Of a DNA stretch of 64,000 bases, positions 1 through 9,414 are shown piece after piece. The DNA is from a virus, in the IMG/VR virus record IMGVR_UViG_3300020454_001183, positions 2,683 through 66,682 of that record; one strand, given 5' to 3'. The position numbers and the translations under genes were made by a program. The stretch's first letter is position 1. Every line of letters starts with the position of its first letter. The notes under the pieces are model-generated. The model was given only the letters and a program-made list of their open reading frames with translations. It did not search any database and was not told the DNA's origin.

Positions 1-89
1 CTTGCATCAAACTCTTCAGCTAATGCCAATGGTGTTGACCACTCTTCGTTTTCATATGCGTAAATAAAAGTAATCTTAGATTGTTTCAT
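1..89 (-). CDS. Partial gene truncated at the left edge (MKQSKITFIYAYENEEWSTPLALAEEFDA...), probably a further member of the glycosyltransferase cluster
   Basis: ATG at 89-87 overlaps the end of 76..705 and the frame is open to base 1. Not in the ORF track. Function inferred from context only. Confidence 0.55.
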   Translation of the reverse strand, partial: MKQSKITFIYAYENEEWSTPLALAEEFDA

Positions 90-705
90 AAAATTCGTTT
101 TGTTTTTCTTGTCTATCAATTTGTTTTGGATGATATAAACAATATTCTTCCATAGCTGGAAAGTTAGATACCGAATCATATCCAGTAATTCTTTCGTGAA
201 CTTTGTTCATCCACATAATATCGTTTGTGTTTTTATAGATACGAGTTTGGTAATCAGGAAAATTAACCCAACCCTTATCATTTACTTGCCATCCCCATTT
301 TTTTATATGAGAATCTGTCAAACCTTCTACAGTATTTACTCTTGGAATAAAGATTACATCAACATTATTACTACTTAAAATCTCATGTAAATTATCTAAT
401 AGATATTCATTTGGTACTTCGTCCGCATCAATCTGAAATATATAATCTCCATTACAATGTGATTTAAGATTATTTTTATATGTTGAAAAATCTTTATTGA
501 GGGGAAATCCAATAACTTTTATGAAATCTTTGTGCATATTTTTCATTATGTTAAGATATTCCATAACAACATCCGTTACAGAATCCTCATCATATTGAAT
601 TACTATCTCATCACCTTCTCTTAACTTTTCTTTAAGAGTATCTACCAAGACTGCTATCTCAGTAATCTCATTACAAACTGTTATTGCGTAACTAATCGTT
701 TTCAC
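76..705 (-). CDS. Glycosyltransferase family 2 (GT-A fold)
   Basis: N-terminal ISYAITVCNE, DxD motif (IDADE), C-terminal DYQTRIY...KVHE typical of GT2/WaaE-like enzymes. Confidence 0.85.
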   Translation of the reverse strand: MKTISYAITVCNEITEIAVLVDTLKEKLREGDEIVIQYDEDSVTDVVMEYLNIMKNMHKDFIKVIGFPLNKDFSTYKNNLKSHCNGDYIFQIDADEVPNEYLLDNLHEILSSNNVDVIFIPRVNTVEGLTDSHIKKWGWQVNDKGWVNFPDYQTRIYKNTNDIMWMNKVHERITGYDSVSNFPAMEEYCLYHPKQIDRQEKQNEFYETI

Positions 706-1207
706 TTCTATCTTCTTTTATAACTTTTTGTGCACTTTCATTGAAATCTATATTTAACAACTTCCCTATCTCTTCGGTTTCTAATACAACCTCACTTACA
801 TATTGTAGTTTTTCTAAAAAATAAGTTCTATAATTACCTAATTTATAAGAGTAAACTGCTCTATTATTTTTAATAAATCCCTCAAATAATCTTTTACCTT
901 CTTTATCAAATGATTTGAGTAATGATGCTAAATCAGTATAGTCTTTTATTTTTTTTGATGTATCTCTAAGTTCCCTTAGTAAATTTATTAGAGCTGGGGG
1001 TCTTACTTCGTTAATTTTAATACAATGTATTTTAATTTGTCCTTTATCAACTACCCTTCCTATTACAAATACATATCTTGCATTTATACCTCTTGTAGTA
1101 TCACCACCATATCTAACAATTCTGTAGATATTTCCCTGCTTCATTTGAGCTTTTGGAACTCTCTTTTCAGGTTTTAAAAATTGTAAATATTGACCAATAA
1201 AACTCAT
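692..1207 (-). CDS. Hypothetical protein
   Basis: 171-aa ORF overlapping both neighbours (TAATG at 1207); no recognised motif. Confidence 0.7.
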   Translation of the reverse strand: MSFIGQYLQFLKPEKRVPKAQMKQGNIYRIVRYGGDTTRGINARYVFVIGRVVDKGQIKIHCIKINEVRPPALINLLRELRDTSKKIKDYTDLASLLKSFDKEGKRLFEGFIKNNRAVYSYKLGNYRTYFLEKLQYVSEVVLETEEIGKLLNIDFNESAQKVIKEDRSEND

Positions 1208-2469
1208 TATAACTTTTTAATTTCAGGTAATTTTAAACTTACAAATTCAGGTAATTTAACATACTCATCCATAATAACTTTAAACTTATCATGCATAGCT
1301 TTTAAAGAAAAGTTCTTTTTAGTATTTGCTATGAATCCTTTTGATTTAGATAAGTGTGTTGTGTATTTATTAAATACTTTATCTAATATACCAGCTGCAT
1401 GTGAGTAATTCACTTGAAACCACTTTGCTTCTTTTAATAAAAATTGGTCAGCTACACTTTGGTGGATTTCTTCTAATGCACCTTCTAAGAATTCAGTATT
1501 ATTTTCAGGTAGAAAATCTACATGTCCACTCCACTTAGATACTAATATGGGTTTTCCTGTAAGTGTGAACTCACATAATGGTCTCCCATATCCCTCACCT
1601 TTTGTAAATGATATCATTGCTTTTACTTTTGGATGATGGTATAGTGATGCCATTTCATCATCACTTAAATCACCAAACAAAAGATAAATAGGTGGACAGT
1701 TTTTACCAAATTCATGTGTAATACCTTTTATTTTCTGAGATATATCTTCCCTATCCATTACAGAAAATCCTGCTGATGATGTTTTAAGAATTAAACCTGG
1801 TTGTTTTTTCTTTGGTGTATTTTTAAATACAGTACAAAATGTTTTAATCATCATACCAACATCTTTTCTATCTTTACCTAAATCACCTTTTAACCAGTGA
1901 CCTGTAAAAAGATAGTTCCAGTCGGTTTGTACACCATCTAAAACATCTACTTTAGTTTTTGGTTTAAGATATGTGGATAGTTCTACACCTTCATGTAATA
2001 CTTCAATTGGTTTGGTAATTTTATGTTGCTTAATTAATTGATTTGTTCTTTTATCCTTTTCATCATAAACAGTTTGTTCTAATACCTTTTTAGAGAATTC
2101 AGATGGAACTATAATTAAATCCATTCTATTACATCCATCAATCCAATCTTTAGGTGCTAATGTAGATTCAATACCAGCCGTAATACCTATACTAAATTTC
2201 CCTTTCTTTTGGAATTCGTTTGGTACAGTCATCTGAATATGAACCTCTGCTTGTTTTGTAATCTGCTTACCAACAGTTGATAGTAATTGTTTTCCAAAAT
2301 CAGTTGATGGATTAATTTGATTTTGTGGTGTATTACCCCAACGAGTTGGAATAGTAATCACATCAAATTTATCATATTCAAAAATAGATTTTAGAACATC
2401 TCTTGCATGGTCACCATAACCACTTCTAGTTGCTACTGGCGCCTGATATATTAATAATGGTTTACTCAT
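1207..2469 (-). CDS. Glycosyltransferase family 4 (GT-B)
   Basis: RSGYG N-terminal loop, RK donor-binding motif (DRKDVG), EGYGRPLCE (ExxGxxxxE). Confidence 0.85.
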   Translation of the reverse strand: MSKPLLIYQAPVATRSGYGDHARDVLKSIFEYDKFDVITIPTRWGNTPQNQINPSTDFGKQLLSTVGKQITKQAEVHIQMTVPNEFQKKGKFSIGITAGIESTLAPKDWIDGCNRMDLIIVPSEFSKKVLEQTVYDEKDKRTNQLIKQHKITKPIEVLHEGVELSTYLKPKTKVDVLDGVQTDWNYLFTGHWLKGDLGKDRKDVGMMIKTFCTVFKNTPKKKQPGLILKTSSAGFSVMDREDISQKIKGITHEFGKNCPPIYLLFGDLSDDEMASLYHHPKVKAMISFTKGEGYGRPLCEFTLTGKPILVSKWSGHVDFLPENNTEFLEGALEEIHQSVADQFLLKEAKWFQVNYSHAAGILDKVFNKYTTHLSKSKGFIANTKKNFSLKAMHDKFKVIMDEYVKLPEFVSLKLPEIKKL

Positions 2470-3851
2470 TATGCTATTTTATATAAGTTAAATCGTTTTT
2501 TAGGTTTAAAGTTTTTGATTGCCTTTTCAATCCCATCTGCCATACATTTGTTTTGGTTATCAACACCTAAACCTATTTCATTTAAGAATGCGTTTCTACC
2601 AGCTTTACCTGCTTTATCCCTTCCCTTCTTACCTTTATCATACCAATATCTAATCGCTTCAGATGTTTCTGTTACATCTACTTTATCATCAATAATGTAA
2701 GGTGTTGGTACTGAGCCAGTCATTGTTTGAACTCTACTCCATACAGGTTTTACCCACTCACCATGTGTTACTTTATCTTCCCACTTTCTATAATCGTGAA
2801 GTGAACCGATTTCTTTGTAATCATCTGCGGTTAGATACTTACCATCTATTTTAAATCCACATTGGTCTTGTAACCCACCAGTAACATTTACGATGATTGG
2901 TGTTTCAGCCATTACTGATTCAGCAGTTGTTAACCCAAATCCTTCATTACCTGCTATGTTAATTGTACAATCTGATAAGTTGTAAAGATAGTTTAGTTGT
3001 GTTGAATCTATTCTTGATTGTGAAAATCTAACATCATAATCAGGACAAATAGCTTCCTTTACTTTAAATAAATCAGTACCATTTTGGTCAACCGCCGCAG
3101 TGTGCATTAGTAAACAACAATCTTTTCTATCTTTTTCAGGTAATCCATCTACGAACTTTTTGTAAGCCCAAATAACATCTGATGGTTGTTTTCTTCTAAT
3201 ATTTCTATTCATCCAAAACAGAACGAATTTGTAATCTTTATCACCCAAGGCTGCTTTTTTGAAATCAGCGGGTACTTCAGTTTTAAAACATTTTTTAGGA
3301 TTGATACCATGTGGTACATAATCTACCTGCCAATCTTCTAATGGTTTAATTGTTTCCGAATCTATATTACCAACTCTACTTACGATACCATAAGTTTGTC
3401 TTGATATACATCCCAACCAATCACAACTTTCATAGTAATTTCTATTATATTGTGGGTCAGGTAAATCATCCCAAATATGATAAAATAGAATTGGAATATT
3501 CTCTCTAATTTCTGCCTCTATTTCATATAACCATCTCCAATATCTTGGGTCTGTAAAGTGAAGTATCGCATCTGGTTGATGTCTCATTATAAGTTGTCTT
3601 AGTATATTAGCATCTCCATATCCAGTCCAAGGAACTATCTTTAGTGAAGCATCTGCTATTCCGGTTTCCTTCCTAGCATCTTCACCTAAATCTATTTCTC
3701 TACCTTGGTCGGGATGTTTTACTGCTGCACCTAATTGAACCCAATGAAACTTATCCATAGTACCCATAACAAATTCTTTGGATACAGTTGCGATACCTGA
3801 TGTCATCCTTAAGTCATCGGATAACAATAGAATCTTCTTTTTCTTTGCCAT
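2469..3851 (-). CDS. Glycosyltransferase family 4 (GT-B)
   Basis: TSGIATV, VPHGI, NRNIRRK, NEGFGLTTAES motifs. Confidence 0.88.
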   Translation of the reverse strand: MAKKKKILLLSDDLRMTSGIATVSKEFVMGTMDKFHWVQLGAAVKHPDQGREIDLGEDARKETGIADASLKIVPWTGYGDANILRQLIMRHQPDAILHFTDPRYWRWLYEIEAEIRENIPILFYHIWDDLPDPQYNRNYYESCDWLGCISRQTYGIVSRVGNIDSETIKPLEDWQVDYVPHGINPKKCFKTEVPADFKKAALGDKDYKFVLFWMNRNIRRKQPSDVIWAYKKFVDGLPEKDRKDCCLLMHTAAVDQNGTDLFKVKEAICPDYDVRFSQSRIDSTQLNYLYNLSDCTINIAGNEGFGLTTAESVMAETPIIVNVTGGLQDQCGFKIDGKYLTADDYKEIGSLHDYRKWEDKVTHGEWVKPVWSRVQTMTGSVPTPYIIDDKVDVTETSEAIRYWYDKGKKGRDKAGKAGRNAFLNEIGLGVDNQNKCMADGIEKAIKNFKPKKRFNLYKIA

Positions 3852-3871
3852 TAATAGTTGTTTAAATTGTT

Positions 3872-4066
3872 CTAATATTGTGAACCACTTACTTCAAGAA
3901 GTGTGTACTCATTTATTTCTTTTCTAAAATCATCATCTTCAACATATTTATCAACTGCTCTGTTGACAAGTTTTTGAAGTGTTATGTCTGATTCAAATGA
4001 TAATCTTTTAAACTTAGAATAAACATTTTTGAGTATTTTTACTGTTGTTAATTTTGTTTCTACCAT
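3872..4066 (-). CDS. Small putative ribbon-helix-helix DNA-binding protein
   Basis: 64 aa; LTTVKI strand followed by two helices (VYSKFK, TLQKLVNRAVDKY). Confidence 0.5.
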   Translation of the reverse strand: MVETKLTTVKILKNVYSKFKRLSFESDITLQKLVNRAVDKYVEDDDFRKEINEYTLLEVSGSQY

Positions 4067-4092
4067 AATCTCTTTTATTGTATATAAGTATA

Positions 4093-4102
4093 TATAAATA
4101 TA
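4093..4102 (-). promoter_or_regulatory. Class II (putative late) promoter element TATATTTATA
   Basis: Motif on the coding strand upstream of 3872..4066 and the GT cluster. Confidence 0.5.
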
Positions 4103-4119
4103 AGGAAATTACAAAAACA

Positions 4120-4980
4120 TCAATTCCAAGCAGAACAAAGTCCTCTTTGTTTAAATTCACACCAATCACATGGTTTACCTTTGTTAGTAAAGTAGTTACC
4201 ATCTAATATATGTTTACCATCTTCATCGAATACAGATTCAATGAAATTCATAAACCCATTCCATGCTTTATTGATGGAAGGTTTACCATTCGCTGGTACG
4301 AATGATGATATACGAGGAATAGGAAATTCATAATCCTCATTTATTTTTCTTTTAAGTATTTGAAACTCTACTTTAATCTTATCCATAGGTACTCCATACT
4401 TATCTGAATATATCTTTTTATATAAAAGTATTTGAGATGTTTTTATCTTATCTGCTTTTTGATATTTATTCCAACCTCTAGTAGATGTTTTTAAATCAAT
4501 AATAATAATAGAGTTATCATATAGATTCCTAAGTACAATATCAACATATCCAATGAAATGTACATTAGGTTTTATCTCAGCGTTTAAAGGTAACTCTATA
4601 GCTTCTAATTTTTGATTCTTTTTAGAGTACCATTTAGCTAATTTAGATTTGAAGAACTTTAGAATCTGTCTACCATCACCAAAGAACTCTTCTAATTCTA
4701 TTTGTGTAGTAGGTAATCTATCTCCTTGCTTTTTCTTTTCAGCATTAAATGCTTCTATGAGTTTATCTTTTAATAGTAAATCTAAATCAATTGACATAGC
4801 TTGTTTCTTTGTTACATTGTACATCACATCCAAAAAGTGTTGGATGGTTTCGTGCATTGCCGTACCAAAGATTGTGTGAATGTTACCTGAACTTTCACCT
4901 AACTTATCTATATAATTTAGTTTGTATTGTTGTGGACAAGAATTCCACATATTATATTGAGAAAAAGATACTCTACCCAT
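4120..4980 (-). CDS. Cas4/AddB-like PD-(D/E)XK exonuclease with Fe-S staple
   Basis: SFSQ..CP, FGTAMH, GYVD...IIDLKT, QxxxY (QILLY), C-terminal CDWC...C. Confidence 0.85.
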   Translation of the reverse strand: MGRVSFSQYNMWNSCPQQYKLNYIDKLGESSGNIHTIFGTAMHETIQHFLDVMYNVTKKQAMSIDLDLLLKDKLIEAFNAEKKKQGDRLPTTQIELEEFFGDGRQILKFFKSKLAKWYSKKNQKLEAIELPLNAEIKPNVHFIGYVDIVLRNLYDNSIIIIDLKTSTRGWNKYQKADKIKTSQILLYKKIYSDKYGVPMDKIKVEFQILKRKINEDYEFPIPRISSFVPANGKPSINKAWNGFMNFIESVFDEDGKHILDGNYFTNKGKPCDWCEFKQRGLCSAWN

Positions 4981-4997
4981 TTAATGATTTTACAGTA

Positions 4998-5029
4998 CTA
5001 ATATACAAAAAATATTTTAATTATCCAAG
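4998..5029 (-). promoter_or_regulatory. Bacteroidota-type -33/-7 promoter
   Basis: CTTG-N20-TATATTAG on the coding strand, upstream of the Cas4-like gene. Confidence 0.75.
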
Positions 5030-5033
5030 GATT

Positions 5034-5834
5034 TTACCAAAAAGTTTTCTCTCTATCTGCATCAGGTTCGTAAGTAGTATGATGTACTACTTCCGTATTA
5101 TATTCAGATGCTTCTTTAGGATAAGGTTTAGTCTCATGCTTTAACCTTTTTACCAAATCTCTTTTTTCTTTTTTAGATTGAGCAAGTATCTGTATGTATC
5201 TATGTTTTGGTGGCTCTTCTCTCCTCCAAAACTCTTTATAACCTTGCTTACCAATTTCTTTTCTAAGGTGTTCTAAGTTACCACTACCCCATAAATTAAA
5301 TACACTTCTACTATGAATCCAATCATGCGGGTCTTTAGTTAGTGATATACCCCAATTAGGCATTAGAGCAATATCAGTTGATAACCCTTGATATATCCAA
5401 TTGGTTGCTTTGTAAATACCACCAACATGTCCTTGTCCATTATCAGCATATGAAAGTAAAACTTTAATATTCTTATCATTTTCTTTTAACCATTGAAATG
5501 TTTTACCTAAAGCACAACTCTCAATATTAGAACCATATCCATCATCAACATATAAACGAGTCAACTCTAAAATATTATCTTTACTTAATCCCTCACATAC
5601 TGATGTAGATGCTTTTGCTCCTACTGGAAATCCATATACTGCTACTCCAATTAATTTGGAATCACCGAATTGTAATTTATCTTCAGTTTTATGATAAATA
5701 CCTAACGGGTATCTACACATAGTCCAAGCATGGGTGTAATGTTTCTTAACTATAATATCCTTTGCTATAGATTTTGCTATAGGTGCTACATACACTTTAG
5801 ATGCATCACAATAAAATTTACCCTCTTCTTTCAA
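5034..5834 (-). CDS. Mom-family (GNAT-fold) DNA adenine-modification protein, paralog 1
   Basis: KHY, GVAVYG, ELTRL, NIES, SYAD..QGHVGGIYKATNWIYQG, K.RY motifs of the phage Mu Mom family. Confidence 0.8.
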   Translation of the reverse strand: MKEEGKFYCDASKVYVAPIAKSIAKDIIVKKHYTHAWTMCRYPLGIYHKTEDKLQFGDSKLIGVAVYGFPVGAKASTSVCEGLSKDNILELTRLYVDDGYGSNIESCALGKTFQWLKENDKNIKVLLSYADNGQGHVGGIYKATNWIYQGLSTDIALMPNWGISLTKDPHDWIHSRSVFNLWGSGNLEHLRKEIGKQGYKEFWRREEPPKHRYIQILAQSKKEKRDLVKRLKHETKPYPKEASEYNTEVVHHTTYEPDADREKTFW

Positions 5835-6564
5835 TCGGTTCTAATTTTTTAATTTCTAATTCATCCGTATCATTACTTTTTGGATAAGTTTCAGTTGGAT
5901 GTTTTAATGTTTTTAATATTTTTTTTCGTTCACCACCTTTTGCTAAGATGTAAACATATCTATGTTTTCTTGGTTCTTTACGAATCCAAAATGGTTTATC
6001 AACTTGTTCTTGTATTTTCTTTGGGTCATTTGTTCCATAATAAGGAAAGATAGTTCTACCATGCTGCCACTCACCATCTTCACTAAATTTAAAACTCCAA
6101 CTATCATTATATCTAAGTGAGTTACCTTGATAAATCCAATTTGTAGCTTGGTAAATTGTACCAGCGTGTCCTTCTTTTGGGTCTGAGTATGATATTAATC
6201 CTTTAATTTGTGGTGTGTTTTCTCTTAACCATTTAAAACTTTGTCCTATAAACCAACTTTCTATATTTGAACCATAATCATCAAAGATAAAAACTCTAAC
6301 TAACTCTAATACTTCTGTTCTTTCTAATAATGGTGATATTGATTGCCCACTTAATCTTCCGATAGGGTCTCCATAACATATTACACCGATGAGTTTTTCT
6401 GATGAATTAAAGAACTGATGAGAATCATCTTCTATATATAATCCTAATGAATGTGATACTTTAGTCCAAAGATGTGAATAGTGATTCTTAACTATTATAT
6501 CTTTAGCTACCGATTTAGAAATTTTTCTTACAGATAACTTTGAAGTATCACAATATTTTTTCAT
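5818..6564 (-). CDS. Mom-family (GNAT-fold) DNA adenine-modification protein, paralog 2
   Basis: NHYSH, GVICYG, ELVRV, NIES, SYSDPKEGHAGTIYQATNWIYQG, KHRYVY; clearly homologous to the neighbouring ORF. Confidence 0.8.
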   Translation of the reverse strand: MKKYCDTSKLSVRKISKSVAKDIIVKNHYSHLWTKVSHSLGLYIEDDSHQFFNSSEKLIGVICYGDPIGRLSGQSISPLLERTEVLELVRVFIFDDYGSNIESWFIGQSFKWLRENTPQIKGLISYSDPKEGHAGTIYQATNWIYQGNSLRYNDSWSFKFSEDGEWQHGRTIFPYYGTNDPKKIQEQVDKPFWIRKEPRKHRYVYILAKGGERKKILKTLKHPTETYPKSNDTDELEIKKLEPIERRG

Positions 6565-6764
6565 AAACTACCAGACCAAAACTCATTAAGATGTTGCCAG
6601 GTCCGATTTTTTACAATTTTATTTATGTTAGCAGGTGATACCTTATTGTTACGAGCCATCACTTTTAAGTTGCGATGTCCCATTTTCCATAACCTTCTAA
6701 TTGTTAAAACTTGCTCATCCGTTAACTTTGCAGATGGATGAGTTTGACCTCTTCTTATTGGCAT
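6561..6764 (-). CDS. Stand-alone small HTH DNA-binding protein of the type usually fused to HNH homing endonucleases
   Basis: RGQTHPSAKLTDEQVLTIR...VSPANINKIVKNRTW pattern; no nuclease domain. Confidence 0.65.
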   Translation of the reverse strand: MPIRRGQTHPSAKLTDEQVLTIRRLWKMGHRNLKVMARNNKVSPANINKIVKNRTWQHLNEFWSGSL

Positions 6765-7028
6765 CTATAAATTTTCATTAATACTATTTGTATAAGCTAG
6801 TTCAGATTGTACTCCTACAAATCTTTCAACTACTACATTATCTTTTACAATTAATACAGTAGGTACTGAACGAACATGGTATTGTTGAGCTTCTTCAAAC
6901 TGCTCATCTATATCAATATACGAAAAATTTACGGTATTTCCAAATTTTTGGGAAACATTTTCAAATATTGGTTTAAGTGCTTTGCAAGGACCACACCAAC
7001 TAGCTTCAAATTTTTTTACTTCTATCAT
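6765..7028 (-). CDS. trxA: Thioredoxin
   Basis: WCGPC active site and SVPT cis-Pro motif; follows the RNR genes. Confidence 0.95.
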   Translation of the reverse strand: MIEVKKFEASWCGPCKALKPIFENVSQKFGNTVNFSYIDIDEQFEEAQQYHVRSVPTVLIVKDNVVVERFVGVQSELAYTNSINENL

Positions 7029-7639
7029 ATCAAATCTCCTTTGTTTTTTAAAATTCTTTCTTTTTTATCTTCTGATAAAAATTTATCTTTATATGTTTTA
7101 CTAATTTTAAGTTTTAAATAGTTTGATATCTTTTCCAAACCATCACCATAATATAAATCCTCATACCAAAAAATTGGTATATTATGAGTTTCTGATAACT
7201 CTTTTAGAGCTGATGAGTGATGTAAAAAATTCTTATAACATTCATTAACAACTCTTTTATCTATATTATCATATGGTTCTTTTGTACGATACTTAGAAAA
7301 ATCATCACCATACTTAATCTTTCTAAATGCCAAAGATTCTGATTGTTCTAATTTGTTTTTTCTATCAAACAAAATAACTTTATCAGATAACTTTATTATA
7401 TCATTACCAAATTCACATAAATCAGAATATCCACTTGGTAATCTGTGAATCATTAATTTATACAAATTATCTTTTTTCATTTTTAGATTTAAACTACCCT
7501 TCCAAGAAGGATTTAAACCCATATTTTCCATATCATTCCCAAAAGGTGATATGATTAAATTTTTTTCTAAAACATTTTTTAGATATAACGATAGATTAGT
7601 TGCACCGCTTCGTGCAGTACATAATATACTAACCATCAC
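7025..7639 (-). CDS. Stf0-like sulfotransferase (PAPS-dependent)
   Basis: CTARSGAT 5'-PSB-like loop, DRKNKLEQSES 3'-PB-like motif, YEDL. Confidence 0.65.
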   Translation of the reverse strand: MMVSILCTARSGATNLSLYLKNVLEKNLIISPFGNDMENMGLNPSWKGSLNLKMKKDNLYKLMIHRLPSGYSDLCEFGNDIIKLSDKVILFDRKNKLEQSESLAFRKIKYGDDFSKYRTKEPYDNIDKRVVNECYKNFLHHSSALKELSETHNIPIFWYEDLYYGDGLEKISNYLKLKISKTYKDKFLSEDKKERILKNKGDLI

Positions 7640-9413
7640 ACGCTACACAATCTGGGTCAACTGCTTTTGCTGCAATATCACCTCTGAGAACTGACTCTGT
7701 TCTCATATAGTATAATGTTTTAATACCTTGCTTCCAAGCTTCCATCGTAACTTGATTAATCCATTTAGGAGTAGCTATCGATGGGAATGCTAAGTTTAGT
7801 GAAACGGATTGGTCAATGTACTGTTGTCTAACACCAGCTTGTTTTACTAAATCCATTTGATTAATTTCTTTGAATGTTTTAAATACATCCTTTACTGGAT
7901 ATACTTTATCCCTATCACCATTAGTTATATCTTTACAAAGAACCATTTTGTTATCTAAGTAACACCATTCATCTAATTCTTTTATACCTTGCACCGAACC
8001 ACCATCTGCCATTATCTTATCCCAAGTTTCTTTGTTGTTAATTTTTAACTTTCTTAATACCTTTTCTAATTCAGGATTTTTTCTAATAAATGTTCCTTTT
8101 GAAGTTTGTTCAGTAAATACATTAGCTGCCCAAGGCTCGATACCAGGTGATGAATTACCAGCTAATTTAGAGTTACTAACTGTTGGAGCAACTGCTCTGA
8201 GGTGAGTATTTCTAAATCCAGTTTCTTTACACCAAAGTGGTTCACCATATTCTGATGCTAAGTCTCTACTAGCTCTTTCTGATTCAATCTTTAACTGAGA
8301 AAAAATCTTACGAGTTTCAAATTGAGCTTCCATACCTTCAAATGGAATACCATTTTGTTGTAGGTAAGTGTGCCATCCTAAAACTCCTAATCCCAATGCT
8401 CTACCTTTTTCTGCTGAACGAACTGAGTTTTCAAATCCTCTCATATTTTTTGCCTTTTGAATAAATTCTGAAAGTACTCCATCTAAAAACATAGTAGCTG
8501 TGTAAACTAAATCAGTATTTTTCCACTCATTGTATTTAGCCAAGTTTAATGATGATAAACAACAAACAAATGAATGTGATTCATCTGTATGTAATACTAT
8601 TTCAGAACAGATATTAGTCATAAAAACTTTTAATCCATTCTTTTTGTACATTTCAGGATTGTTTTTATTAGTATTACCTTTAAACATAATATAAGGTTCG
8701 CCCGTTGCTTTTCTTTTTTGTAGTAACTTTCCCCATTTTCTTCTAGCGTTTACCTCACCATCTTCTACCTTCCTCATAAACTTATCACCAACAACAGCAC
8801 ATTGATGAAGATTTAGAGATTGTCTGTTTACATCTCCCTTTGGTTCTCTAATTTCTAACCAATCTTCAAAATCATCGTGTTCAATGTTAAGGTTTACGGA
8901 TGCTGCTCCTCTTCTTACTGAGCCTTGGTTAGTAGCAAGAATTGTAGAATCATAAATTTTAGCGAATGGTACTACACCATCAGATGTTCCATTACCAGTA
9001 ATGTTAGAACCTGCTGGTCTAATTTGATTAATACCAATACCAACTCCACCGCCGTGTTTAGCAAGTAACATTAGTTCTAAGTTCTTTTTACCAATATCGT
9101 AAATGGAATCTGCCACATCTATACCGAAACAAGAAATAGGTAATCCTCTATCAGTACCAGTGTTAGAAAGTACTGGTGTTGCTAAGTTTAACCAACCTTT
9201 CCATATATAATCAAAAAACTTCGTTGCTAAAGCTGGTTTACCTAATCTCCTTGCAACAGTTGTTGCTACTCTCCAATAAGCATCTTTTGGCTTTTCACCT
9301 TCTAATAGATATCCTTTAGATATTGTTTTTACATATATTTCTGTGTTTGCCCAAGATGGAAAATCTACATCTAGTACCCAATCTAATTCAGCTCCGTAAT
9401 TTGTTTTTGCCAT
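7629..9413 (-). CDS. nrdA: Ribonucleotide reductase class I alpha subunit (short, no evident ATP cone)
   Basis: ATPVLSN, PISCF, GGGVG, TNICSEI, APTVS, KTLYYMR, C-terminal CVAC. Confidence 0.95.
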   Translation of the reverse strand: MAKTNYGAELDWVLDVDFPSWANTEIYVKTISKGYLLEGEKPKDAYWRVATTVARRLGKPALATKFFDYIWKGWLNLATPVLSNTGTDRGLPISCFGIDVADSIYDIGKKNLELMLLAKHGGGVGIGINQIRPAGSNITGNGTSDGVVPFAKIYDSTILATNQGSVRRGAASVNLNIEHDDFEDWLEIREPKGDVNRQSLNLHQCAVVGDKFMRKVEDGEVNARRKWGKLLQKRKATGEPYIMFKGNTNKNNPEMYKKNGLKVFMTNICSEIVLHTDESHSFVCCLSSLNLAKYNEWKNTDLVYTATMFLDGVLSEFIQKAKNMRGFENSVRSAEKGRALGLGVLGWHTYLQQNGIPFEGMEAQFETRKIFSQLKIESERASRDLASEYGEPLWCKETGFRNTHLRAVAPTVSNSKLAGNSSPGIEPWAANVFTEQTSKGTFIRKNPELEKVLRKLKINNKETWDKIMADGGSVQGIKELDEWCYLDNKMVLCKDITNGDRDKVYPVKDVFKTFKEINQMDLVKQAGVRQQYIDQSVSLNLAFPSIATPKWINQVTMEAWKQGIKTLYYMRTESVLRGDIAAKAVDPDCVACDG

Positions 9414-9414
9414 T

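Noticed and set aside
4120-4980. CRISPR-Cas locus suggested by the Cas4-like gene
   Set aside because: No repeat-spacer array or other cas genes are present; solo Cas4-like nucleases are common in phages.
6561-6764. HNH homing endonuclease
   Set aside because: Only the DNA-binding HTH part is present; there is no HNH catalytic motif.
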